Assembly: GCA_004294265.1 (NCBI GenBank)
Contig: REAG01000117.1
Coordinates: 540-64,539 of the forward strand
Source of the DNA: Cytophagales bacterium
Lineage (GTDB): Bacteria; Bacteroidota; Bacteroidia; Cytophagales; UBA9547
Reading direction: 5' to 3'
Length of the DNA stretch: 64,000 nucleotides
The position numbers were made by a program, and so were the translations under genes. The notes under the pieces were generated by a model. That model saw only the letters and a program-made list of their open reading frames with translations. It searched no databases and was not told the origin of the DNA. Positions 1 to 8,042 of the stretch are shown piece by piece (positions within the stretch are counted from its first letter, which is position 1; each line of letters begins with the position of its first letter).

Positions 1-187
1 AAAAGAACATAATAGAAGTATTTACAATATGATTTGTGCTTTTGCAACTGTTTCAGTCGTTTGCAGTTTGTGTGGCTTAGGTTTTTATCTCGGGTTTGCC
101 ACTCAATCTGCTTCCATAGCATGTAGTGTAATTGTAGCAAGCATTTTTGCTTTTGTAGGTTCAAAAGTTGTGCGACCTAATAATTAA
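1..187 (+). CDS. 3' end of a hypothetical membrane protein (open to the left window edge)
   Basis: The frame is open from base 2 to TAA at 185-187. The tail MICAFATVSVVCSLCGLGFYLGFATQSASIACSVIVASIFAFVGSKVVRPNN is strongly hydrophobic. It is too short for the ORF track and no family was recognised. Confidence 0.25.
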   Translation, partial: KEHNRSIYNMICAFATVSVVCSLCGLGFYLGFATQSASIACSVIVASIFAFVGSKVVRPNN

Positions 188-251
188 TATCTTACCTTTA
201 CTTCCCTTTCAAAACCGCAATTTCTAACTCTAATTTCAAAATGATATTGGC

Positions 252-473
252 TTACAAAGCAATTTGAGATTCGTAAGATTTTCTGAGCTCTTCAAGAAAA
301 CTATTGTCTATATAGCCATTGTTGCTATTAGTATTATTCATAAAACAAAACACCATTTTTGCGTCTAAATCCATCAAAGAAGGCACCGAAACCTCAAAAA
401 TTGAAACTAATTTTTCAATTTTTGAGGTATTTATATCTACTTCGCCACGCTCAATGTGGCTGTATATTTTAAA
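252..473 (-). pseudogene. 5'-truncated XRE-family helix-turn-helix regulator remnant
   Basis: My own reverse-strand translation gives FKIYSHIERGEVDINTSKIEKLVSIFEVSVPSLMDLDAKM...ESQIAL*. This matches only the second half of an HTH_3/XRE domain (IS.IE.G...P....L.KIA..L.V....L). An in-frame TAA lies immediately upstream at 474-476, and no start codon or first helices are present. Confidence 0.5.
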
Positions 474-510
474 TTAATTCATTTAAAAACTTCAATTTGT
501 TATAAATTTT

Positions 511-518
511 TATCTTTG
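511..518 (+). promoter_or_regulatory. candidate Bacteroidota -7 promoter box upstream of the RM gene
   Basis: TATCTTTG matches the Bacteroidetes -7 consensus TAnnTTTG, 42 nt upstream of the ATG at 560. No well-spaced -33 TTTG was found. Confidence 0.3.
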
Positions 519-559
519 CTATTGACTAAGCTTTTTTAATTTTAGAAAGTAAAAATAAA

Positions 560-3500
560 ATGACAACGCAACAATATATTGACAATATAAACAAACGCTA
601 CAAACTTGGAAATGCAACCGAGCATACTTTTCGTGGCGATTTGCAACAACTTTTAGAAAGTTTAGTGCCTGAAATAAGAGCGACCAACGAACCTAAAAGA
701 CAATCTTGCGGAGCTCCTGACTACATTCTGACCAAAAAAGAAATTCCAGTTGGTTTTATAGAAGCCAAAGACATTGGCGACAAAGACCTTGAAGGAGCTA
801 AGAAAACTGGAAATAAAGAACAGTTCGACCGCTACAAGGCTTCGCTAAACAACTTAATTTTTACCGATTATTTAGATTTCCATTTATATATTGATGGCGT
901 TTTTATTACAAAAATCGCTATTGCTGAAATTTCTCCCTCTCCTTTGGGGAGAGCTGGAGAGGGGGTTATCGTTCCCCTGCCCAACAACTTTGCAACTTTT
1001 ACAAATCTCATCAAAGATTTTTGTACACACGTTGGGCAGACCATAAAAAGTTCAAAAAAACTAGCAGAAATAATGGCAGGCAAAGCCAGATTACTTTCGG
1101 ATGTGATTGAAAAATCTTTAACCAGTGACGAGACCCACAACGAAGACAGTACCTTAAAAGATCAAATGATTGCTTTTAGGCAAATATTAATTCATGATAT
1201 TACCCCCAAAGGTTTTGCCGATGTGTATGCCCAAACCATCGCTTATGGTATGTTTGCAGCTCGTTTGCACGACCCAACTTTGGAGACTTTTAGCAGACAA
1301 GAAGCAGCAGAACTTATTCCAAAATCAAATCCGTTTTTACGCAAACTGTTTGGCTACATAGCTGGTCCTGACATTGACGACCGCATAAAATGGATTGTAG
1401 ATAGTTTGGTAGATATATTTTTGGCTTGCAATGTTGAAGAAATTTTAAAAAACTACGGAAAGCAATTCACCTCCTCCTCTGGGGGAGGACGGGAGGGGGC
1501 TGACCCCATCATCCATTTTTACGAAACATTTTTGAGTGAATACGACCCAGCACTAAGAAAAGCAAAAGGCGTTTGGTACACACCGCAACCCGTAGTAAAT
1601 TTTATTGTACGGGCTGTAGATGATATTTTAAAAACAGAATTTGATTTACCACAAGGGCTTGCTGACACCAGCAAAACAAAAATAAAGGTTGATATTCAAG
1701 GCAAAAAAACAGAACAGGAAGTTCATAAAGTGCAAATATTGGACCCTGCCACGGGTACAGGAACTTTTCTTGCCGAAGTAGTAAAACATATTCATAAAAA
1801 GTTTGAAGGACAAAAAGGGATTTGGAGCAATTATGTAGAAAACGATTTATTGCCACGAATTAATGGTTTTGAGCTACTTATGGCAAGTTACGCCATGGCA
1901 CATTTAAAATTAGATTTGCTTTTAAATGAAACAGGTTATTCTCCCTCCCCGATGGGGAGGGCTGGGGTGGGGTTTCAACGCCTTCGAGTTTATCTTACTA
2001 ATAGTTTAGAAGAAAGCCACCCAGATACAGGAACTTTATTTGCAAATTGGTTAAGCACAGAAGCCAATGAAGCCAATCATATCAAGAGAGAAACGCCCGT
2101 AATGTGTGTCATTGGCAATCCGCCTTATGCAGTAAGTTCTACAAACAAAGCAACATGGATAGAAAAACTTACAAAAGATTATAAAAAAGGGCTGAACGAA
2201 CGAAATATTCAACCGCTTTCGGATGATTATATTAAGTTTATTCGTTTTGGGCAGCATTTTGTAGAAAAAAACGGCAGTGGAATTTTGGCATACATTTCTA
2301 ATAATAGTTTTTTGGATGGTATTATTCACCGCCAAATGCGTAAGAATTTATTAGAATGTTTTGACACTATTTATATATTGGATTTACATGGGAATATTAA
2401 GAAAAAAGAAATTTGTACCGATGGAAGTCCAGATCAAAATGTTTTTGACATTATGCAAGGTGTTTCTATCAATATTTTTGTAAAAACAGGCAAGAAAAAG
2501 CAAGGCGAATTAGGCAAAGTTTTACATATTGATTTGCAAGGAAAACGACAATTCAAGTTTGATTTTTTGCTCAATAATTCATTAAAATCTGTTAGTTGGA
2601 ATAATTTACAAAACGACAATTTAAGTTATTTTTTTAGTAATAAACAATTTGATACAAGTGGCGTGTATGAAAATGGATTTAAGCTGAATGAATTGTTCGG
2701 TGAAAACAACGCAGGTTTAGTAACTTCGAGAGATAGTTTTATAATTCAAAACTCTGAAAATGAAGTAAAAAAAACGACACAAGATTTTGCTTACTTAGAC
2801 TCTGAAATTGCACGCAGAAAATACAATTTAGGAAAAGATAGCCGAGATTGGACAGTTAAAAACGCTCAAAAAGATTTAATTGCCCATAATCTTGATACTC
2901 AAAATATCAAACCCATTTTATACAGACCATTTGACATAAAATATTTGTATTATACTGCCAAATCCAAAGGATTTATTTCATACCCAAGAAACGAAATATT
3001 AAGGCATTTGAAAAATGATAATTTTGCTTTAATAACAACAAGACTTTTAAGTTCAACTTTATTCAGCCACTCTTTTATAAGTAATATTTTTGTAGATAAA
3101 TGTACGATTTCTAATCGAGGAAAAGAAACTAATTATGTATTCCCACTTTATCTTTATCCAAAACCAATAAATGAAATTCAAGAAGATGATTTTCAAAACA
3201 AATTGGCTCGATTGGAAGAATCTAAAGTGATTTATGAAAGTGCAAAAAAAGCGTTTATTCAAGTTCAAAAAATGTTTTCGGCAGTTTCAAATCCAGATAA
3301 AGAATTACTTACTTATTATAATCAACAGGTTAAAAACTTAAAGAAACTAGAACTTGAAGTAGAAAAATTTAAAATTCAGCTAGCAAATTCACAAGCAAAA
3401 CCATTATTTGAATCTGAAATTAAACGTAAACCCAACTTAAACCTAGCAATTATAAAACAAATAGCAGATGCGCTAGGCATACCCACCATGTTACCCAACG

Positions 3501-4021
3501 GAGAAGCCCCCTTCGGGGGTTTGGGGGCTCTTGATATTTTAGATTATATCTATGCCGTTTTACATTCGCCAACATACCGAGAAAAATACAAAGAATTTTT
3601 AAAAATAGATTTCCCTAAAATACCTTATCCAAAAACCTATAAGGTCTTCGAAGACCTTATAGGTTTGGGCAGCCAATTAAGACAAATCCATTTATTAGAA
3701 AGCCCAACAATTGAAAAATACATAACGCAATATCCCGAAGATGGAAACAATGTAATTACAAAACCACGTTTTTCTCCCTCTCCTTCGGGGAGGGCTGGGG
3801 TGGGGCTTGTTTATATAAACGAAACTCAATATTTCGATAATGTTCCACAAATAGCTTGGGATTTTTATATTGGCGGTTATCAACCCGCCCAAAAATGGCT
3901 CAAAGACCGCAAGGATAAAAAATTAGAATTTGATGATATTTTGCATTATCAAAAAATCATAGTTGCTTTGACAGAAACGGACAGATTGATGAAAGAAATT
4001 GATAATATTGAGATTGAATAA
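560..4021 (+). CDS. Type IIG single-polypeptide restriction-modification enzyme (N-terminal PD-ExK nuclease, gamma-class N6-adenine methyltransferase, C-terminal specificity domain)
   Basis: Nuclease-like motif GAPDYIL...GFIEAKD. AdoMet motif I ILDPATGTGTFL and catalytic motif IV VIGNPPYAVSS. C-terminal YIYAVLHSPTYREKYKEFLKIDFPKIPYP...IGGYQPAQKWLKDRKDKKLEFDDILHYQKIIVAL resembles the Type ISP/IIG specificity-domain tail. The 1153-codon ORF is intact. Confidence 0.85.
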   Translation: MTTQQYIDNINKRYKLGNATEHTFRGDLQQLLESLVPEIRATNEPKRQSCGAPDYILTKKEIPVGFIEAKDIGDKDLEGAKKTGNKEQFDRYKASLNNLIFTDYLDFHLYIDGVFITKIAIAEISPSPLGRAGEGVIVPLPNNFATFTNLIKDFCTHVGQTIKSSKKLAEIMAGKARLLSDVIEKSLTSDETHNEDSTLKDQMIAFRQILIHDITPKGFADVYAQTIAYGMFAARLHDPTLETFSRQEAAELIPKSNPFLRKLFGYIAGPDIDDRIKWIVDSLVDIFLACNVEEILKNYGKQFTSSSGGGREGADPIIHFYETFLSEYDPALRKAKGVWYTPQPVVNFIVRAVDDILKTEFDLPQGLADTSKTKIKVDIQGKKTEQEVHKVQILDPATGTGTFLAEVVKHIHKKFEGQKGIWSNYVENDLLPRINGFELLMASYAMAHLKLDLLLNETGYSPSPMGRAGVGFQRLRVYLTNSLEESHPDTGTLFANWLSTEANEANHIKRETPVMCVIGNPPYAVSSTNKATWIEKLTKDYKKGLNERNIQPLSDDYIKFIRFGQHFVEKNGSGILAYISNNSFLDGIIHRQMRKNLLECFDTIYILDLHGNIKKKEICTDGSPDQNVFDIMQGVSINIFVKTGKKKQGELGKVLHIDLQGKRQFKFDFLLNNSLKSVSWNNLQNDNLSYFFSNKQFDTSGVYENGFKLNELFGENNAGLVTSRDSFIIQNSENEVKKTTQDFAYLDSEIARRKYNLGKDSRDWTVKNAQKDLIAHNLDTQNIKPILYRPFDIKYLYYTAKSKGFISYPRNEILRHLKNDNFALITTRLLSSTLFSHSFISNIFVDKCTISNRGKETNYVFPLYLYPKPINEIQEDDFQNKLARLEESKVIYESAKKAFIQVQKMFSAVSNPDKELLTYYNQQVKNLKKLELEVEKFKIQLANSQAKPLFESEIKRKPNLNLAIIKQIADALGIPTMLPNGEAPFGGLGALDILDYIYAVLHSPTYREKYKEFLKIDFPKIPYPKTYKVFEDLIGLGSQLRQIHLLESPTIEKYITQYPEDGNNVITKPRFSPSPSGRAGVGLVYINETQYFDNVPQIAWDFYIGGYQPAQKWLKDRKDKKLEFDDILHYQKIIVALTETDRLMKEIDNIEIE
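932..967. repeat. in-frame GC-rich palindromic insert, copy 1 (encodes SPSPLGRAGEGV)
   Basis: tctccctctcctttggggagagctggagagggggtt. Exactly 12 codons (codons 125-136), GC-rich in an AT-rich gene, with a pyrimidine arm and purine arm that can pair. Confidence 0.8.
1469..1504. repeat. in-frame GC-rich insert, copy 2, diverged (encodes TSSSGGGREGAD)
   Basis: acctcctcctctgggggaggacgggagggggctgac. It has the same CT-run followed by G-run architecture as copies 1, 3 and 5, but is diverged and its boundaries are approximate. Confidence 0.55.
1940..1975. repeat. in-frame GC-rich palindromic insert, copy 3 (encodes SPSPMGRAGVGF)
   Basis: tctccctccccgatggggagggctggggtggggttt. Exactly 12 codons (461-472). 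CCCTCCCC and GGGGAGGG form an 8-bp stem around the 3-nt loop gat. It lies between methyltransferase motifs I and IV. Confidence 0.85.
3500..3529. repeat. in-frame GC-rich palindromic insert, copy 4, short variant (encodes GEAPFGGLGA)
   Basis: ggagaagcccccttcgggggtttgggggct. 10 codons. CCCCC-ttc-GGGGG forms a hairpin, with an alternative AGCCCCC/GGGGGCT pairing. It resembles the 3' half of copy 5. Confidence 0.55.
3773..3808. repeat. in-frame GC-rich palindromic insert, copy 5 (encodes SPSPSGRAGVGL)
   Basis: tctccctctccttcggggagggctggggtggggctt. Exactly 12 codons (1072-1083), in the same orientation and reading frame as copies 1 and 3. Confidence 0.85.
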
Positions 4022-4115
4022 CTAAAATACTACAAATTATTTGTATAAATTTAAACAAAAATAAATACATTTACTGTATGAATCCTGCAAATAAAAAACA
4101 CAAAAATTAGAAAAT

Positions 4116-4730
4116 ATGTCTTTAGAAGAAAATGAAAAAAAACGTTTTTTATTTCTGAAATATCTATACACTCAATCAAGTGGAGATGCTACCTATATTT
4201 TTATAATTAGTGAAGTTGGAAAAGAATTAGACTATGACGAAGTTAAACTTATAACTTCTTATCTTTTTGAAGAAAAATTAGTTAAATTCCCAGCTCTTGG
4301 TGGAGTTATTTCAATAACACACCAGGGAATAAAAGAAGTAGAAAATACAATTCGAAATCCAATAAAGAATACAGAACAAATTTTGCATTATAACACTATA
4401 AATATAGGGACAATGAATAATTCTTCATTGCAACAATCAACAACTAATTCAGGCATATCATTTGTGTATAACGAACAAAAATCTTTAGAATTAAATGATA
4501 TAATCAAATTACTAAAGGATATAAAGGATAGTTTTGAACTATCAAATGACTTACAAAATGAACTAATAACTGAACTTCAAACTATTGAATTACAATCTAA
4601 ATCAGTTAAACCTAAAAACATAATTATTTATGAATCTTTAAAAACCATTAGGACAATTCTGGAATCAGTTGCAAGTAACGCAATAGCTCCTTTAATTATT
4701 GACCGAATTACTGCACTTCTTTGTAGCTAA
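4116..4730 (+). CDS. hypothetical protein, 204 aa, function unknown
   Basis: Clean ORF 95 nt downstream of the RM gene on the same strand. The N-terminal ~75 aa look winged-helix-like (KKRFLFLKYLY...EVGKELDYDEVKLITSYLFEEKLVKF...ISITHQGIKEVE). The C-terminal half is helical and repeat-like. No family was recognised. Confidence 0.55.
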   Translation: MSLEENEKKRFLFLKYLYTQSSGDATYIFIISEVGKELDYDEVKLITSYLFEEKLVKFPALGGVISITHQGIKEVENTIRNPIKNTEQILHYNTINIGTMNNSSLQQSTTNSGISFVYNEQKSLELNDIIKLLKDIKDSFELSNDLQNELITELQTIELQSKSVKPKNIIIYESLKTIRTILESVASNAIAPLIIDRITALLCS

Positions 4731-4830
4731 TCATTAATATTTTTAAATGAAGAATTATAATTTTGTATACATGATATCAAATAACACTACCCGCCATGGC
4801 TCTAGGATGCACACTCTGTTGGGTTTTCGA

Positions 4831-5008
4831 TTTTAAAACCGTTTAAATTTGCATTTTTTGAAATATACCAAACCCCCTATCACAGTTTTTGAGCAAGTTA
4901 TCATTTTTTAAGTTCAATATTCCAAAAGCTTATTAAATTGCAAAATGAATATCAAGCTCAAACAAATCCCAAATCAGCAAAAAGCTGAAGAGTTATCAAA
5001 ACTGTTAA
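4831..5008 (+). repeat. direct repeat A: duplicated recJ upstream region plus first ~22 recJ codons
   Basis: Aligns by eye to 6231-6407 with about 10 differences over ~175 nt. The alignment includes the ATG (4945 vs 6344) and MNIKLK(Q/P)IPNQQKAEELSK. Confidence 0.85.
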
Positions 5009-5070
5009 AAGAAATAGAAAATAGTTTAAGAGAAAATTATAATCTAAAATATAATTGTTTAGTATCATAA
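4945..5070 (+). pseudogene. recJ 5' fragment (41-codon leader ORF made by the duplication)
   Basis: Translates as MNIKLKQIPNQQKAEELSKLLKEIENSLRENYNLKYNCLVS*. The first ~20 residues match RecJ at 6344, then the sequence diverges. The TAA at 5068-5070 is 1 nt before the ATG of the next gene (taacATG). Confidence 0.55.
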
Positions 5071-5071
5071 C

Positions 5072-6073
5072 ATGCAATACATACAAGAAATAAAACAAAT
5101 ATTAGCCAATGCAAGGCAAAAAGCCTACACCGCAATCAATGCTGCTATGACAGAAGCATATTGGAAGATAGGCGAAAAAATAGTGCTGGAAGAGCAAAAC
5201 GGAAAAAATCGTGCAGCGTATGGTGAAAGTATTTTAAAAGATTTGTCTATTGCATTAACACAAGAGTTTGGTAAAGGGTTTTCGTATGCTAACCTACGTA
5301 ATTTTAGACAATTTTATTTAACTTATCCCGACCCAGAGATTTGCTACGCAGTGCGTAGCAAATTGACATGGACGCATCATCGTTTGATAATGAGAGTAGA
5401 AAATACGGATGCTAGAAATTATTATCTAAATGAATGTGAAAATCAAAATTGGAGCTCTAGGGTGTTGGAACGAAATATTAATACTTTTTACTATCAAAGA
5501 ATTTTATCTACCAATGCACAATTTCCTGCAACACAGATAAGGGAAATTGAAACTCAAAATATTAAAGATTTCATTAAAGACCCTTACATATTTGAGTTTT
5601 TAAATATAGAACAACCCCATTATGCAAAAGAGCTAGAAATAGAAACCGCATTGATTGAAAATCTACAATCGTTTTTGTTAGAATTAGGCAAAGGTTTTTC
5701 GTTTGTCGCAAAGCAATTCAGAATAAGCACAGAAACAAGTCATTTTTATATAGACCTGGTTTTTTACAATTACATATTGAAATGTTTTGTAATCTTCGAC
5801 TTGAAAACCACCAAATTAACCCATCAAGACGTGGGACAGTTAGATATGTATGTGAGAATGTTTGACGACTTGAAAAAGCAAGACAACGACAACCCCAGTA
5901 TTGGCATCTTACTCTGTGCCGAAAAAGATGAAACCGTAGTGAAATATTCGGTATTGGCAGAAAATAAACAGCTTTTTGCCACCAAATATTTACCTTTCTT
6001 ACCTACCGAGCAAGAACTGATTGCCGAAATTGAAAGGGAAAAACTAAGCATCAAACAAAAACAAAATGAGTAG
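5072..6073 (+). CDS. YhcG-like PD-(D/E)XK nuclease family protein (DUF1016)
   Basis: N-terminal ARQKAYTAINAAMTEAYWKIGEKIV..EQNGKNRAAYGESILKDLS, central IKDPYIFEFL and the nuclease core ELGKGFSFVAKQFRI...YIDLVFYNYILKCFVIFDLKTTKLTHQDVGQLDMYV are characteristic of YhcG/DUF1016. Confidence 0.85.
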   Translation: MQYIQEIKQILANARQKAYTAINAAMTEAYWKIGEKIVLEEQNGKNRAAYGESILKDLSIALTQEFGKGFSYANLRNFRQFYLTYPDPEICYAVRSKLTWTHHRLIMRVENTDARNYYLNECENQNWSSRVLERNINTFYYQRILSTNAQFPATQIREIETQNIKDFIKDPYIFEFLNIEQPHYAKELEIETALIENLQSFLLELGKGFSFVAKQFRISTETSHFYIDLVFYNYILKCFVIFDLKTTKLTHQDVGQLDMYVRMFDDLKKQDNDNPSIGILLCAEKDETVVKYSVLAENKQLFATKYLPFLPTEQELIAEIEREKLSIKQKQNE

Positions 6074-6230
6074 AAATAAATTAACCCAAGTATTTCATTA
6101 TGACCTAACAAGCTATATCAATCTATGTTTTTACCAAGAAAAAATAATAAAAAGAGCAATTTAATTACAGTTTATACTATAAAAATTGGCTCAAGAATTC
6201 AACTTATAAATGCAAATTTTGTAATTAACA

Positions 6231-6407
6231 TTTTAAAGCCGTTTAAACTTGCATTTTTTGAATATACCAAACCCGCTATCACAGTTTTTGAGCGAATTAT
6301 CATTTTTTAGGTTCAATATGCCAAAAGCTTATTAAATTGCAAAATGAATATCAAGCTCAAACCAATCCCAAATCAGCAAAAAGCTGAAGAATTATCAAAG
6401 TTATTAA
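6231..6407 (+). repeat. direct repeat B: native recJ upstream region and 5' coding end
   Basis: Partner of 4831-5008. It continues into the full-length recJ ORF. Confidence 0.85.
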
Positions 6408-8041
6408 ATATCAATATTTTACTTTCAAACTTATTAATACAAAGAGAAATAGATAATTTTGAAAATGCAAAATCATTTTTCAGACCAAATCTAAATGAAA
6501 TTCACAATCCATTTTTGATGAAAAATATGGATAAAGCTGTGGAAAAAATAATAAAAGCCATCGAAAATAAAGAAAAAATATTAATTTATGGCGATTATGA
6601 CGTGGATGGAACTACTGCGGTTGCGTTAGTTTTTGATTTTCTAGGCAAATATCATACCCATATTGACTATTATGTTCCTGATAGATATACAGAAGGTTAC
6701 GGAATTTCAACTTTAAGTATAGATTTTGCAAAAGAAAATAATTTTTCGCTTGTAATAGCCCTAGATTGTGGCATTAAATCAAATGAAAAAATAAATTATG
6801 CTAACACTTTAGGAATTGATTTTATCATTTGCGATCATCACGAGCCAGGTGAAGAAATTCCAAAAGCGCTTGCCGTTCTTGATGCCAAGCAAAACGATTG
6901 TAACTATCCATACAAAGAACTTTCGGGTTGTGGCGTTGGGTTTAAATTAATGCAAGCATATTGTATTAAAAAAAACATTGAATTAGATAAATTATTTCCG
7001 TATTTAGATTTGCTTTGTGTAAGTATTGGAGCAGACATAGTGCCAATAGACGGAGAAAACCGTATTTTTTGCTATCATGGATTAAAAATAATCAATGAAA
7101 ACCCACGTTTTGGAATTAAATCTTTAATAGGAATATCAGGATTTAAAAAGCAATTTAAAATTTCAGACGTTGTTTTTAAACTCGCTCCTAGAATAAATGC
7201 CGCAGGAAGAATTCATCATGCGAAAGCTGCCATAAACTTACTCATTTCAAATACAGAAGAAGAAGCAGAAAAATGGGCTACAAAACTTAATGATAGTAAT
7301 ATTTACAGAAAAGAATTAGATAAAATAATCACAGAAGAAGCCATAGAAATGATAGAAAATCAAGTTGATTTTCTATCATTAAAATCAACAGTTTTATTTA
7401 AAAATGATTGGAACAAAGGCGTAATCGGAATTGTGGCTTCTCGTTGCATAGAAAAATATTATAAGCCAACCATTATTTTAACAGAATCTAACGGAATTGC
7501 AGCAGGATCGGCTCGTTCAGTTCATGGATTTGATTTATACAATGCCATTTCAAATTGCTCAGACTATTTAGCACAATTTGGAGGACACACCCATGCGGCA
7601 GGCATGACTTTAAAAATTGAAAATATTGAAAACTTTAGAAAAGCATTTGAAAAACAAGTTTCAAAAACAATAAAAGAAGACTCATTAACGCCACAAATGC
7701 TTGTCGATATGGAAGTTCCACTTTCATTTGTTAGTTTAAAAACAGAAAAAATAATTTCACAAATGCAACCTTTCGGACCAAAAAATATGACTCCCGTTTT
7801 TATTACTAAAGGATTAATTGACGGAGGAAACAGTCGAGTTGTAGGTGAAATTCATCTAAAATTAGATTTACATTGCCCCACTTCAAATATAAAAATTGCA
7901 GGTATTGCATTCCAAAAAGGAAATTTAATCAATCAAATTCAACAAAAACACCCATTTACAATCTGTTACACTTTAGAAGAAAATATATTTAACAATATTA
8001 AAACCGTCCAAGCTCAAGTCAAAGAAATCATATTTGAATAA
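6344..8041 (+). CDS. recJ: single-stranded-DNA-specific exonuclease RecJ
   Basis: DHH-family motifs GDYDVDGTTA, LDCG and ICDHHEP, plus the DHHA1 motif FGGHTHAAG. 565 aa. Confidence 0.95.
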   Translation: MNIKLKPIPNQQKAEELSKLLNINILLSNLLIQREIDNFENAKSFFRPNLNEIHNPFLMKNMDKAVEKIIKAIENKEKILIYGDYDVDGTTAVALVFDFLGKYHTHIDYYVPDRYTEGYGISTLSIDFAKENNFSLVIALDCGIKSNEKINYANTLGIDFIICDHHEPGEEIPKALAVLDAKQNDCNYPYKELSGCGVGFKLMQAYCIKKNIELDKLFPYLDLLCVSIGADIVPIDGENRIFCYHGLKIINENPRFGIKSLIGISGFKKQFKISDVVFKLAPRINAAGRIHHAKAAINLLISNTEEEAEKWATKLNDSNIYRKELDKIITEEAIEMIENQVDFLSLKSTVLFKNDWNKGVIGIVASRCIEKYYKPTIILTESNGIAAGSARSVHGFDLYNAISNCSDYLAQFGGHTHAAGMTLKIENIENFRKAFEKQVSKTIKEDSLTPQMLVDMEVPLSFVSLKTEKIISQMQPFGPKNMTPVFITKGLIDGGNSRVVGEIHLKLDLHCPTSNIKIAGIAFQKGNLINQIQQKHPFTICYTLEENIFNNIKTVQAQVKEIIFE

Positions 8042-8042
8042 A

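Noticed and set aside
868-1140. Antisense ORFs inside the Type IIG gene (868..1140, 1602..1856, 2051..2335, 2434..2619, 3059..3268, 3695..3892)
   Set aside because: All lie fully within, and opposite to, a long ORF with clear enzyme motifs. Their translations are low-complexity. Two of them (868..1140 and 3695..3892) merely read through the stop-free GC-rich inserts (for example PHPSPPRRRGRK). They are treated as shadow ORFs.
6125-6310. 61-aa plus-strand ORF upstream of recJ
   Set aside because: It spans AT-rich spacer and the duplicated recJ upstream repeat. Its counterpart in repeat A is not maintained as an ORF, and the sequence is low-complexity. It is likely non-coding promoter DNA.
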